Source of the DNA: Macrostomum lignano
Taxonomy: Eukaryota
Assembly (NCBI GenBank): GCA_002269645.1
Contig: NIVC01003073.1
Location: 5,236 to 69,235 of the forward strand
Reading direction: 5' to 3'
Length of the DNA: 64,000 nt
The notes under the pieces are model-generated. The model saw nothing but the letters and a program-made list of their open reading frames with translations, ran no database searches and was not told the origin of the DNA. This document shows, in pieces, positions 24,691-38,871 of the stretch (position 1 is its first letter; each line of letters opens with the position of its first letter). The translations under genes and the position numbers were made by a program.

Positions 24691-25134
24691 GTCAGTCGAG
24701 TTCAAAGCAGTCCGGGGGGGTGAACAGTTTCCCTAATAAATTTTACTGAGTGAACTTTTCAGCAGAAGGCCGACACGGGGGTGACCTGGGGACACGCGGC
24801 TTGCTGCTCACAACAGCAACTTCGGATAATTTCTGCCAGCTCTGAACAAGAAAAACCATTTGGAGAAGAAAGTTCAGCAGCTGAATAAAGCTGATGGCAA
24901 TCTCGCTGATCTGAAACAGATTAGAAATGCATTTCTTTCTCCAGGATCAATTGGCTCGTGAGCACCGCCTGAGCAGCCAGGCCGCCTTGGGAGGAACTTT
25001 GCCAGCTTATCTGCTTCTGCCGGGAAATCTTTGCTAAAATCCACGAAAGTAAATAATTGAGTTTGTGCGCCCCTGTTCTCTGTTCCTCATCAATCCATTC
25101 AACTGCTCAAATGTTCACTCTAGATTCAAGTCTC

Positions 25135-25660
25135 CATTCACTCATTTTAGATATCCATTCACTCATTTTAGATATCCATTCACTCATTTTAGATATCCAT
25201 TCACTCATTTTAGATATCCATTCACTCATCTTAGATATCCATTCACTCATTTTAGATATCCTTTCACTCATCTTAGATATCCATTCACTCATCTTAGATA
25301 TCCATTCACTCATACTAGATATCCATTCACTCCTTTTAGATATCCATTCACTCATTTTAGATATCCATTCACTCATTTTAGATATCCATTCACTCATTTT
25401 AGATATCAATTCACTCATTTTAGATATCCATTCACCCATTTTAGATATCCATTCACTCATTTTAGATATCCATTCACTCATTTTAGATATCAATTCACTC
25501 ATTTTAGATATCCATTCACTCATTTAAGGTCTCCATTCACTCATCTTAGATATCCATTCACTCATCTTAGATATCCTTTCACTCATCTTATATATCCTTT
25601 CACTCATTATAGATTTCCATTCACTCATTTTAGATACCCATCACTCATTTTAGATATCCA
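25135..25660. repeat. 21-bp minisatellite TAGATATCCATTCACTCATTT
   Basis: Direct inspection. Confidence 0.95.
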
Positions 25661-26177
25661 TTGACTCATTATAAATGTCCGTTCAACCAATTCACAAGTC
25701 CGCTCACCTCTCGCAGAATGGCTAAAAATAGGTAGGGCCACTGGCAGTCCCCATTCATCAGCTGCAAGTCAATCGCCAACCATAAACAGTTTTCACAATT
25801 CATTGGGCAGGAAAGGAAAATGTATGCCAAATTCTTTAAATCGGTCCAGAAGCAGAAATTCAAAAGCAAGGCTTTCCCATTAGGAGCAGGCAGCAAACCA
25901 CAGCTCTTAGTTATAAAATTGTTGACTTCATTAGCTGTACTGTGTGTTTAGCCTGCCTGCACAGGTATGCAAAAGTGCAGCCCGAGTGCCAAAACCGGTC
26001 CAGTGCAGCCTCCCAGTTGCTTAAACTGGCCATTAAATATTCACGCCTGAGTTGCTATCGACTGAGGCTGGAGCTAATCGGCTGGCACTGAGCTGCTGAG
26101 CTGGGGCGATTGGACTGTCTGAGCTTGAAGTTCATTTGTCTGCTGAGGGCCATGAGTGCCAGGTCTCCGGTGCCTGT

Positions 26178-26945
26178 CTGTCTGAGTCTGTCTGAGTCTA
26201 TCTGAGTCTATCTGAGTCTGTCTGAGTCTATCTGAGTCTGTCTGAGTCTATCTGAGTCTGTCTGAGTCTGTCTGAGTCTGTCTGAGTCTGTCTGAATCTG
26301 TCTGAGTTTGTCTGAGTCTGTCTGAGTCTGTCTGAGTCTGTCTGAGTCTATCTGAGTCTGTCTGAGTCTGTCTGAATCTGCCTGAGTCTGTCTGAGTCTA
26401 TCTGAGTCTGTCTGAGTCTATATGAGTCTGTCTGAGTCTATCTGAGTCTGTCTGAATCTGTCTGAGTCTGTCTGAGTCTATCTGAGTCTGTCTGAGTCTG
26501 TCTGAGTCTGTCTGAGTCTATCTGAGTCTGTCTGAGTCTGTCTGAGTCTGTCTAAATCTGTCTGAGTTTGTCTGAGTCTGTCTGAGTCTGTCTGAGTCTA
26601 TCTGAGTCTGTCTGAGTCTATCTGAGTCTGTCTGAGTCTATCTGAGTCTGTCTGAGTCTATCTGAGTCTGTCTGAATCTGTCTGAGTCTGTCTGAGTCTA
26701 TCTGAGTCTGTCTGAGTCTGTCTGAGTCTGTCTGAGTCTGTCTGAATCTGTCTGAGTCTGTCTGAGTCTATCTGAGTCTGTCTGAGTCTATCTGAGTCTG
26801 TCTGAGTCTATCTGAGTCTGTCTGAATCTGTCTGAGTCTGTCTGAGTCTATCTGAGTCTGTCTGAGTCTGTCTGAGTCTGTCTGAGTCTATCTGAGTCTG
26901 TCTGAGTCTGTCTGAGTCTGTCTGAGTCTGTCTGAGTCTGTCTGT
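26178..26945. repeat. 10-bp repeat TCTGAGTCT(G/A)
   Basis: Direct inspection. Confidence 0.95.
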
Positions 26946-27242
26946 ACATGCCTGACACTTATAAAGTCATGGCCACTTTACACTTTACTGCTTGCATGTG
27001 CTCAGTAGTCAGCGCAATGGCCAAAATTGCCTAAGGCGTTTCGCCAGGGTGGCCCGCAGCCCTCCTGAGTATTTATTTTTATCTGTCTGTCTGCCTGCCG
27101 GTCTGCCCCGCAGAGAAGTCCGCAGAGAAGCCGGGCGCACTTTCCCAGCTCTTTATCCCCATAGGAAGGCGCTGGTGAGCTGATCTCATTTCCCAGCTCA
27201 CTGAATTCCCTCACTTATTCATTAAACTCTGGGTCTCCTCAG

Positions 27243-27361
27243 ACCCGGCCTGGGCCCAGAGCTGTGCGAGATGAAGAAGTGCCCGGGCCCAGCCTCCCGC
27301 TGCTCCATTGAGTCTGCTAATGAGTCGGAGATGAGCGGAGACAAAATGCAGAGGCTCCGCG
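27243..27361 (+). CDS. Candidate internal coding exon (PGLGPELCEMKKCPGPASRCSIESANESEMSGDKMQRLR) of an unidentified gene
   Basis: TCTCCTCAG| acceptor, G|GTTAAT donor, one open frame. Confidence 0.35.
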
Positions 27362-27530
27362 GTTAATTAGAAAATTCCCCCGTTTGTAAATAAAAGTTTC
27401 TTTTTTGGAAATTCGTTTCGCTCTGATGGTAGGGGCGAACGCTTCGGAGTCAAATGGTGCCAGAAGATTGATTTGGGACACTGCTGCATCAGCCACATTT
27501 GATTCTGCGTCAGATTCTGGCTATATTTGT

Positions 27531-28388
27531 GTCAGATGCTGTATCGGATGCTATGCAACCTGTGTCAGATGCTATGCAACCTGTGTCAGATGCTATGCAA
27601 TCTGTGTCAGGTGCTATGCAATCTGTGTCAGATGCTATGCAATCTGTGTCAGATGCTATGCAACCTGTGTCAGATGCTATGCAATCTGTGTCAGATGCTA
27701 TGCAATCTGTGTCAGATGCTATGCAATCTGTGTCAGATGCTGTGTCAGATGCTATGCAATCTGTGTCAGATGCTATGCAATCTGTGTCAGGTGCTATGCA
27801 ATCTGTGTCAGATGCTATGCAACCTGTGTCAGATGCTATGCAATCTGTGTCAGATGCTGTGTCAGATGCTATGCAACCTGTGTCAGATGCTATGCAATCT
27901 GTGTCAGGTGCTATGCAATCTGTGTCAGATGCTATGCAATCTGTGTCAGGTGCTATGCAATCTGTGTCAGATGCTATGCAATCTGTGTCAGATGCTATGC
28001 AATCTGTGTCAGATGCTATGCAATCTGTGTCAGATGCTATGCAATCTGTGTCAGATGCTATGCAATCTGTGTCAGATGCTATGCAATCTGTGTCAGATGC
28101 TATGCAATCTGTGTCAGATGCTATGCAATCTGTGTCAGATGCTATGCAATCTGTGTCAGATGCTATGCAATCTGTGTCAGATGCTATGCAATCTGTGTCA
28201 GATGCTATGCAATCTGTGTCAGATGCTATGCAATCTGTGTCAGATGCTATGCAATCTGTGTCAGATGCTATGCAATCTGTGTCAGATGCTATGCAATCTG
28301 TGTCAGATGCTATGCAATCTGTGTCAGATGCTATGCAATCTGTGTCAGATGCTATGCAATCTGTGTCAGATGCTACGCAACCTGTGTC
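27531..28388. repeat. 21-bp minisatellite TGTCAGATGCTATGCAATCTG
   Basis: Direct inspection. Confidence 0.95.
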
Positions 28389-28909
28389 ACCCCGAAGGCA
28401 CAGAGAGTGTAAACGCCTGACTATGAGAAAGTCGGGGCCGCTGTACACCCTATGTGAGCTATGGGTGCGCCTGAACTGGAATGACTGCTAATTTGCCCTT
28501 GATTTCAGAATTTCGTCAAGTTATGAAACTTTGGATATGCAGATGAAGCAGACATGAATTTGGTCGTGACATTGCATAGCAACACTGTAGTTTCGGATTT
28601 CATCTGAGTGCAATGGCCGGTCTGTGTAATTTGCAATAATAATATTATTAATTATTATTACAAAATCTCACCGACCTACGCAATGCTTGCAGTCAGCCTG
28701 CATGCGCTCGCATACATTTGCATGTTCGCTTTGGCAGTTTTCACTGGCCTAATAAATTCTAAAGCGTTACAAATAGACGGCTTTTACAGGTCCGCCTTGC
28801 GTTTGGGGCCAGAGAATAGCGCTATTAGACACTGGCATGGCGCCCACTTCACACCTAGATATTAGCGTCATCTAAAGCTATCTAACAGACATTGGAGCCA
28901 CCTATAGTG

Positions 28910-29420
28910 TAGTCATCTAGAAGACATTGGCGCTATCTATAGCCATCTAGAAGACATTGGCGCTATCTATAGTAGTCATCTAGAAGACATTGACGCTATC
29001 TATAGTCATCTAGAAGACATTTACGCTATCTATAGTCATCTAGAAGACATTTACGCTATCTATAGTCATCTAGAAGACATTGACGCTATCTATAGTCATC
29101 TAGAAGACATTTACGCTATCTATAGCCATCTAGAAGACATTGGCGCTATCTATAGTAGTCATCTAGAAGACATTGACGCTATCTATAGTCATCTAGAAGA
29201 CATTTACGCTATCTATAGTCATCTAGACTAGAAGACATTGGGATCTATAGTCATCTAGAAGACATTGACCCTATCTATAGTTATCTAGAAGACATTGGCG
29301 CTATCTATAGTCATCTAGAAGACATTGGCGCTATCTAGTTACCAACTAGACATTGGCGCCATCTTTATTAATTTACTAGACATGGCGCTACCTAAAGTAA
29401 TCTAGAATTAGACATTGGCG
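28910..29420. repeat. Degenerate 30-33 bp minisatellite TCATCTAGAAGACATTGGCGCTATCTATAG
   Basis: Direct inspection. Confidence 0.9.
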
Positions 29421-30059
29421 CCCAGTAAACATCCAAGCACCGAGTATTCCAATACTCCATTCAACTCAAGCCGGACTAAAATTCGGTGCTGGGAAGTATT
29501 TGATTTACACTGCTGCCTCTCAAGACACTCGACTAGCTGAGGCCCTGGCTGTAACAAAAATTCAAAATTTCACTACAGCATTAAGCCTTAACAGTGAGCC
29601 AATATTTGTCCTGCAGCGCATGTTGGGCTGCATTTATTCGTGGGCACACTCGATCAAAAGAAGCCGCTGCAGAATAGAGACATGCGCGCTTGCCTCTTGT
29701 TGTCTGCAGAGATTTTCTGTTCGGATAAAATATTTGCATTCATGCCTGTTATTTATTATTCGAGTACACGCTGGGAATCCGCACAAAGGTGCTGGGCGAT
29801 CCTGTGGGCTGCATGATTCAATCTGCGAGCTGAGACATCCCGAGTGAGCAGCTCGGAATCCGATCTCCTGGGACGGCAGGGGAGGGAAAAGTGCCAGAGT
29901 AATAATTATTGCCTGCGGCGACACCGGATATCTCAGAGGGAGGGGGTCTGCCGGTGCACGCCATGGAGATTCGGCTGTGGGGGCACGGAGCAGACTGGTG
30001 TAAAGATTGGATAGATAGAGATATAGACATAAAATACAAGTATGATGAATAGGCAGAGA

Positions 30060-30720
30060 GATAGACAGAGGCAGACAAACATGTAGACAGACAGACAGAC
30101 ACAGGCAGACATGTTCAGACAGACACAGGTAGACATGTTCAGACAGACATGTACAGGCAGACAGACATGTAGACAGACAGACAGGCACAGGCAGACATGT
30201 TCAGACAGACATGTACAGGCAGACAGACACAGGTAGACATGTTCAGACAGACATATACAGGCAGACAGACACAGGTAGACATGTTCAGACAGACATGTAC
30301 AGGCAGACATGTTCAGACAGACACAGGTAGACATGTTCAGACAGACATGTACAGGCAGACATGTTCAGACAGACATTTACAGGCAGACATGTTCAGACAG
30401 ACATGTACAGGTAGACATGTTCAGACAGACATGTACAGGCAGACAGACACAGGCAGACATGTTCAGACAGACATGTACAGGCAGACATGTTCAGACAGAC
30501 ATGTACAGGCAGACAGACACAGGCAGACATGTTCAGACAGACATGTACAGGCAGACAGACACAGGCAGACATGTTCAGACAGACATGTACAGGCAGACAG
30601 ACACAGGCAGACATGTTCAGACAGACATGTACAGACAGACAGACACAGGCAGACATGTTCAGACAGACATGTACAGACAGACAGACACAGGCAGACATGT
30701 TCAGACACATACAGACACAG
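30060..30720. repeat. Composite ACAG-based repeat (AGACATGTTCAGACAGACATGTACAGGC)
   Basis: Direct inspection. Confidence 0.9.
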
Positions 30721-32395
30721 GGCAAAGCAGTCAGCAAGCGAGTTGCAATCGGCTCTCTTAGAAACCCCAGATGCGGTCCGGCAGCCCTACAGCATCAGAC
30801 AGGCAACAAAAAAGCCAGTGCAAGCAGACGGTAGCAGCAGAGCTCCCGCAAGCAGTAGCAGACGGAGTGAAGCAAATTCTTTCAACGAATTGAACTGGCG
30901 CCAAAAAATTTCCATTTGCCACCAACCGAGCATCACAAAGTGCAAATACCGTAAAGCCCCCCTCTTGCCCTGGCTCCGGTGGAAAATTGAATTACACTAA
31001 GAAACGGTTCAGTTCGGAATTTCCCAGCTACCATACAGTGAGCTTATCTCTACTTCTTGAGGGTTGGCCAACTTTTGCCCTTTGCTGCCGGCCAAATGAG
31101 AAAGAAATGGCGTGAGAATAGATGACTGATGAGAGAGGACAGCCGAGAGATGGGAAAGAGGATCGAGAGGAGAGGAGAAAGTGTTGTGTCGTGACTAGGA
31201 GCCCGTAAAAGGGCCGTTCGTCTAACTAACCTTTTCTTACTACTCTACTTTAAGTAGTGCAGTTAATAAATTATTCGTATATTGTATTGTGAAACGTATT
31301 TTTAATCACGTGACATTATGGCGGTTGAATTTATCGATCGTGTAACAATTTACTGCTAAATAACAAATATAAGCGCGGGTTGCCCTAAGTGGAGCTCGCA
31401 CTTTTTTTCCGGCAAAAAGTCTTACCTGCCACGTACTCGTGTTTCCTGTGTTAGTCTGTTGAGACACCACAGAAAGGAGAGAGAGAGAGAGAGAGGATCG
31501 AGAGGGGAGAGCCGAGAGATAGGAGAGGAGAGGAAAGGAGGGAGAATAGAGGGGTGTGAAGGAGAAAGAAGAGGAGAGAGGGGTGAGTAGGGCAAAGAGA
31601 GAAAAGGAGAGGTGAGAAGGGGAAAGAGAAGAGGTGAGGTGAGAAGAGAGAAGATGGGAGAGGAGCGATGAGAAGGGGAGAGCAGAGAGCTGAGAAAAGG
31701 CAAACCCTGAGCGGGCCGGATTGCTATTGTGAAGTTTCAAAGGAACCCGAGGGCTGGATAGAGGCTTAGCGGGCTGCGTATGCCGAACCCTGGATCAGCT
31801 GATAAGAACGGAGCGAGTACAATTTTCATTGAATATTTTGTCAACAACAATGATTAAATGAGTATGTACAAAGGAAATCAAGTCCATACGGTGTGCCAGT
31901 TTATTATTCAATGCAGCTCAGGTGACAGACAGACAGAGGCAATGCAGACTGGTTGGGAAATATAATATACGTGCTTAATAACTAATCATTTATTTGTACT
32001 TTTATACCAATAGCTTCTATTATAATAATTGAGTGCGCTAATCACACTACTGACAGTGGGCTAAGTAGTCAGTAAGAGATTTTAGTGAATTTTCCAATCA
32101 TCAATTTTACTCTCAGCTAAAAAAATTTAAGATATATTTGACAAGTAAAACAAATTAAAAATGTTTCTGGATAGCAAGCGCACCAATTTAAATTGTTGAT
32201 TAATAAAAAACTGATAAAAACAAAAACAAACGCCAGATGAAATTCTACACCGACTTAGGGTCACACAAAAAACCCACTGCAGGTGCTGACGACAGACCGG
32301 AGGCAGGTTGAGGCTGCGGGACCCCAGGCAGATCCGAGGGCCGATCAGATTTGACAGACGCGGCAACCATCGTCAATTGTCACCGCACAGGGCTG

Positions 32396-35300
32396 TCAGA
32401 AGTAAATGTCCTGCACCTGCGAGGTCTCCATCTCCATCGGGCAGTACGGGCACTTGAACCTGCGGGGCGGACTGCGGGTTGTAGCTTTAAAAATCCCACA
32501 CAACACAATTCTCAAATCCCACACAACAAAAATCCCTAGATCCCACACAACACGATTCCAAAATCCCACACAACACGATTCCAAAATCCCACACAACAAA
32601 ATCCCCAAATCCCACTCAACAAAATCCCCCCAATCCCACACAGCAAAATCCCCCAAATCCCACACAACAAAACCCCTAATCCCACACAACCAAATCTTCA
32701 AATCCCACACAACAAAAATCCTTAAATCCCACACAAGCAAATCTTCAAATCCCACACAACAAAAATCCCTAACTCTCACACAGCACAATCCCCAAATCCC
32801 ACATAGCTAAATACCCAAATCCCACACAACTAAATCCCAAAATCCCACACAACTAAGTCCCCAAATCCCACACAACAAAATCCCCAAATCCAACACAACT
32901 AAATCCCTAAATCCCACACAGCAAAATCCCCAAATCCCACACAACTAAATCCCAAAATCCCACACAACAAAAATCCCTAAATCCCACACACACAATCCCC
33001 AAATCCCACACACCACAATCCCCAAATCCCACACAACAAAAATCCCTAACTCACACAGCACAATCCCCAAATCCCACATAGCTAAATACCCAAATCCCAC
33101 ACAACTAAATCCCAAAATCCCACACAACTAAATCCCCAAATCCCACACAACAAAATCCCCAAATCCAACACAACTAAATCCCTAAATCCCACACAGCAAA
33201 ATCCCCAAATCCCACACAACTAAATCCCAAAATCCCACACAACAAAATCCCTAAATCCCACACACCGCAATCCCCAAATCCCACACAACTAAATCCCAAA
33301 ATCCCACACAACTAAATCCCCAAATCCCACACAACAAAATCCCCAAATCCAACACAACTAAATCCCTAAATCCCACACAGCAAAATCCCCAAATCCCACA
33401 CAACTAAATCCCAAAATCCCACACAACAAAATCCCTAAATCCCACACACCGCAATCCCCAAATCCCACACAACAAAAATCCCCGAATCCCACACAACTAA
33501 ATCCCCAAATCCCACACAACAAAAAAACCCTAAATCCCACACAGCAAAATACCCAAATCCCACACACCAAAATCCCTAAATCCCACACACCAAAATCCCC
33601 AAATCCCACACAGCACAATCCCCAAATCCCACACAACAAAAATCTCCAAATCCCACACACCAAAATCCCCAAATCCCCAAATCCCACACACAAAAATCCC
33701 CAAATCCCACACACCAAAATCCTCAAATCCCACACAGCACAATCCCCAAATCCCACATACCAAAATCCCTAAATCCCACACAGCACAATCCCCAAATCCC
33801 ACACAGCAAAATCTCCAAACCCCACGCACTTAGATGACGCATTCGCCAGCTTGGCAACGGCATCCCTGGAGATGGCGTGGCCGCAGACCAGCCGCACAGG
33901 CGGGTTGGCATCGGAGGTCTGGGCCCGCAGGATCGGGCAGGCGAAGACGCTGTGAAAGCGCAGCTCGTCGCCCAAGTCGATGTCGATTGGCAGCTCGCCG
34001 GTGATGGCGGCGCCGAGGTTCCGCTGGTTCATCACCGTCTGGATGTTCAGCAGAGGCGGCAGGGCGGCGCAGCCGGCGTTGATGGCCACGGAGAGTGGCA
34101 GGTCCTTGGCGAAGCCCAGCATCTTGTTGGCCTCGGACACCAGCAGCTGGGACAGCTCGTGGTACAGGCGGGACTCGAACAGGTCCTGCGGTTTGGGGAT
34201 TCGAGCTCTGGGACTGTGGTTTGGGGATTCGAACTCTGGGACTGTGGTTTGGGGATTCGAACTCTGGGACTGTGGCTTGGGGATTCGAACTCTGGGAATG
34301 TGGTTTGGGGATTCGAACTCTGGGAATGTGGCTTGGGGATTCGAACTCTGGGACTGTGGCTTGGGGATTCGAACTCTGGGACTGTGGTTTGGGGATTCGA
34401 ACTCTGGGACTGTGGTTTGGGGATTCGAACTCTGGGACTGTGGTTTGGGGATTCGAACTCTGGGACTGTGGTTTGGGGATTCGAACTCTGGGACTGTGGT
34501 TTGGGGATTCGAATTCGTATTAGGGAATCGAGCTCTTAGAATTAGGATTTAAAATCTTAGATTTTTTAAGTTTCAGGCTTATCTGCCTGGGATCCGAAAT
34601 CGTACACCTGGGATTTGAACTCTTACCCCTGGGATCCGAAATCGCATACGTGAAATTTTCAATCATAGGATTCCAACTCCTGGGACTAGATAGTTGAATC
34701 CCAGGACCAATGAATGACGGGAGCCATCAAGCCCCCCCCCTAAGCCGACCCCAGCGCCAACCTTGTACGGCGAGCTGTGCAGGCTACGCCGCACGAAGGC
34801 CAGCGAGCCCATCAGGCGACGAATGTCGGCATCGCAGGCTGGCGAGAAGGCGGCCAGCAGGCGGGCCTGCTGCAGGATGGCCTCCGGCTTGGCGTCCTCG
34901 CTGGACACGAGCTGCACCAGCTGCAGGCGCCTGATGAGGAACTCCAGGTAGCGGCCAGTCTCCTCGCTGCTGAGTGACTTCTGGTTGTCCTGCAGCCACT
35001 GCAGCGCCGGCTCCAGCTGCCGCTTGGCCAGGGCCTCCACCACGTGGTTAAGCTCGGCGTAGGCGGGCAGGTGCGACTCCTCATAAGCCAGGCCAGCCTC
35101 CCTGATCAGCTCCTGCGCCACCTCCATGGAGCCCTCCCGGATCAGGTGCTCGCAGATGGCAGTGTTGAGCACCTGGGGCGGGGATTAGTCATTCACAACT
35201 TTTTAGATAATCCGTCATGTTCAGCTCAGAGATAATCCGTCATGCTTAACTCAGAGATAATCCGCTGCTTAACTCAGAGATAATCCATCTTAACTCAGAG

Positions 35301-38299
35301 ATAATCTCTCAACTCAGCCATAATCCGTCATACTCAGCTCAGAGATAATCCATCAAACAGCTGACACCTAATCCGCCTTAGTTACCTGCAGCTTCTCAGC
35401 ATCGGACTCCAGCTGAGCTGACGAAAGCGATTCGGGCAGCTCGGTGACAAAGGACTTGTCAATTAATTTGCCCATCTTAGACAGCGGGGCGTGCAGCTCC
35501 CTGTGGCGCTTGCTGGCCTCAGAGAGTCGCTTCTTGAGCCGCTGGTGCAGCTGCTGCAGGCGCAGGCGGGTGCTGGGCTCCACGCTGCAATCACCGCCAG
35601 ACTCTGCAAGATTGCGAGTCCAAAAACATGCATTTAGAATGCACAAGGTTGGGTTGAAGTGCTATTTTGATCTGTAAGCAATTTGCACCTGCTTGCCAAC
35701 ATATTGCAACTTGTGAGCTTTTCAACTTGCCAGATATGACATGGAGTTCTCTTTAAAGGAGTGATATGCACTAACTACTAACATCCCTAAAAAATAACAA
35801 ACTATATACAGGCAAGCACCCATACACACTCACGAGTCACAAGGTTCTCATTGGCTCCAAATTTCTAATTGCATGGCTATGAATTGCATGACAACCCCAC
35901 AAGCCCACAGTTTTCTAATGCCAGACTATGATTAACATTGAGAAGATAGACTAGCATCTAACAAAGAACTTCTAGATTATAATTAGCAATTAAAGTTATT
36001 TATATTATAGTTAAAAGTTGCTGAAACTTATGGATTTTGCTTCTGCTGAATTTTAATCCCCAGAACTATTTTGCATGCATTCTTAAATCAAAATTCATAC
36101 TTGCATCATTCTTGTAGCTTTCTAATATTCAATGTCAAAAAATCTATGCAAAAAGTAAACTTAAGCTTTGAGCTCCTATATAGCAGTTACAATTGATAAG
36201 AGCCTAACATTAGGATTGACTTCTAGTTGGTCATTACCAATTTGTAACAGATTGATAAAAAAGTGATAAGCTATTGCATCTTAATCAATTCTCAATTATA
36301 GCTATTTAACTGATTAGAAAATCAGTTAGTAATATATTGGCTAACAATCCACTTGGATAACAGCCATTTTGGTAACAGCCACTTTGGTAACAAAAAATGA
36401 CCACTTTGGTAACAGCCACTTCAGTAACAAGTGAGAATAATAAATATGTATTGATTGATATGCTCCAAAAGAATGTGCGAACAAACTTTAAAGAAAGAAC
36501 AACAAAACACATTTGTACCTGCATGTGTTTACGAAGGAGAAAAGATAAATAAGGGAGTAGAGAAGAGAGAGAAATGAGAAGAGAAGGAATAGAGGAGAGA
36601 GAAGCAAGAGAAGGGAGAGAGGAGAGAATAGAGTGATGAAAGATCAGAGATGAGAGATGAAAGAGTGGAGAGGAGAAATTAGTAAGGAGAAAAAAGAGGA
36701 TAAAAATGAGAGTGCAGGGCACAGGTAGAGGTCACAAACCCAGGATTCCGGGATCCCAAAATCCTGGGATTTAGACATTTTTTGATTATGGGATCCTAGG
36801 ATTAAAAGTCGGGATTATGTTTGGATTTGGGATTTAAATATTGAAATGTGAAAAGTAGAAACTGAGTTACTGAAATAGTAAAAATTAAGATATTATGATT
36901 AATTTATGATGGTATAGTACATATGCATATGCACTGTGCTGTGCACTGTGTATTGTATAGTCAGTCAAGAAAGACAGTATGGATAAAACAAACTCCAATT
37001 GCAATCATTGGTCAGACTTAGAGGCAGCACTAGTAGGCAGACCCTGGCTCTTGGGATAGGGAGAGAAATGAAACTTGCTAAGATAGGTTGGGGTGGGGTC
37101 TGGGCTCTGGGTATATGATTGGGTTTGGTTGGCTAGATAGGCTAGAGAGGAATGAGAGCTTTGTGTATATATGTATACCATAGTGTATATACACTTTATT
37201 GACTTTAACAATCTGCTCTGCCTTTGTATGAGGTGGTAGGTGCAGGGAGACCTGGAAGGTAGATGGCTGCAAGATAAGGCTGGGCCACTGAAGGCCTCTT
37301 TCCTAGTTGTGTTTTGTTTACCCCAAGTTCTTGTTTCTCTTGTCATTTAGATCAAAGTGGAACTTAGAAGATCAATAAGTTACTTGATGCTTAATAGATA
37401 TGATTTAGGCCTAATTGTATGATGCAACTCCTATGAAGACTCTGAACTCAACTCAGAACACTAAATATATGATATGGTAGCAATATAGTGCTATTGCTAT
37501 GCAATGAAAGCTAAAGTCGCTAACATATTTATGTTAATAATAACAATTATGAGCAACGAGCAAGCTAAATGGTGTTAAAAACGTGTGAAAATGCACAAAT
37601 AGGATGCTTGTTTTGTTACCAAAATCAGAATTTATGACATAATCAAGGTAAACTAGGAGGAAATCTCTAATCCCAAAGTCAATCCTGGGATCCTAGGATT
37701 TTTTGTTTTTAAATATTGGGATCCTGGGATTAAAAAGAGGGGATTTTGCAACCCCTAGACACAGGTATTTAAAAGGCTTTATAAAGGATATGATATGGAC
37801 AATGGGATTCAAATCATAGAATTTCAGCTGATGGATTCCAAGGAATAGAATTCCAGTGATGGGAGTTCTTCCCCTTTCTTCTCTAGAGGAGTTCCACTCA
37901 TAAAAACTAAATGCTAGAAGATAAAATTAAATTAATAAATAGGGCCTAACTAATATCCTATATTCTTTATACAAGTTCATTCAAATTATTTAGTTCTGCT
38001 AGGTTTACATAAACTATCTAAGGACCAAAAATTTGGGCCTGGGCCTAGATACTTGCTATTAGAACTAAGGCAAACTAGGCCTACTATATTATTATAAAAG
38101 TAGGGGCCTATAACAATTAATTAAGATTAACTTGATTCTCAATTTACTTACCATCAATTGCAGCAGATTTTGACAGAAATGCTTGACACTCTTCAAGTAG
38201 CTGATTTAGATCAGAATCGAAGTTAGACTTGTAGCTAGAAAAATCTTTGTAAAGTTTATCAAAGTCATTATAAAGAGCATCCAGCGATTGTTGAGTCAT
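32396..38299 (-). CDS. RMND5: RMND5/GID2 E3 ubiquitin ligase subunit of the CTLH/GID complex, 5 coding exons, about 398 aa
   Basis: Exons 38299-38152, 35603-35386, 35172-34762, 34185-33830 and 32459-32396; all introns GT-AG with consistent phases (1,0,0,2). LisH-like AICEHLIREG, CTLH EPALQWL, CRA LPLSVAINAGCAALPPLL, and degenerate RING FHSVFACPILR...CGHAISRDA...FKCPYCP. Confidence 0.95.
32490..33825. repeat. ~22-bp AAATCCCACACAAC-core minisatellite filling RMND5 intron 4
   Basis: Direct inspection; runs to within a few bases of the donor. Confidence 0.95.
34190..34515. repeat. 28-bp minisatellite TGTGGTTTGGGGATTCGAACTCTGGGAC in RMND5 intron 3
   Basis: Direct inspection; abuts the exon 4 acceptor. 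Confidence 0.95.
36726..37757. mobile_element. hAT-type non-autonomous element (MITE), 1032 bp, in RMND5 intron 1
   Basis: Imperfect TIRs TAGAGGTCACAAA / TTTGCAACCCCTA, 8-bp TSD GGCACAGG / GACACAGG (7 of 8 match), and GGGATC/GGGATT subterminal repeats at both ends. Confidence 0.75.
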
Positions 38300-38871
38300 T
38301 TGTTACAACTAAACTAATAAGTCTAAAATAATAAAAATTTTAATTAGGCCTACGAATTTACGACTCAGACTTATATAGCTATCGCAGAAATGAAATGCAA
38401 GTAAATAATAGGATTATTAAAACACAAAATTTCTGATTTCTATTTCCAGTCTTTTAGTTGCTTGCCAGAGTCAGAGTGCAGCAGGATAGAATAAAACTTA
38501 ATTGACCAATTATTGAGTATGAGTTCAACTTCATAAACGTTTATTTAGTCTGTATAAACATACATAACTTACTTAGAGCAATAAGAGGAGCTTTTTGTTC
38601 ATTTTATACTAGTGGTATGCGGCGATAACATTTTTTTTAGCTTTTATCAACACAAAAAATTCGTTATAGTCATATAAATATTTTAAACTAGCAATTTTCT
38701 TCGAACACACCTTCTTCGAAGAGTGTAATGCTAATGCATTTAAGGAATCAAGTTCTTTGCTTTTAATCCCTCCGAAGTTTTTTGCTTTCATTTTCTTGTT
38801 ATCTGCCATAGAAGTCCTAGGGCCTAGTTCTGTTAAGAAAATAAATATTTAAGCTCCATTTCAATGACCCG

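Noticed and set aside
6726-33756. Long low-complexity ORFs in the ORF track (SVCL, SLFSL, SCPVL/DRTGQ, APPMLTSW, LSIY, SPLSS, GTGTGLNQSVLGQ, SEIRDRR, DIHSLIL, SDAMQSV, RQTCTG, KSHTTK and others)
   Set aside because: These are stop-free translations of tandem repeats, often open in several frames and on both strands, with no unique flanking domain and often non-ATG starts.
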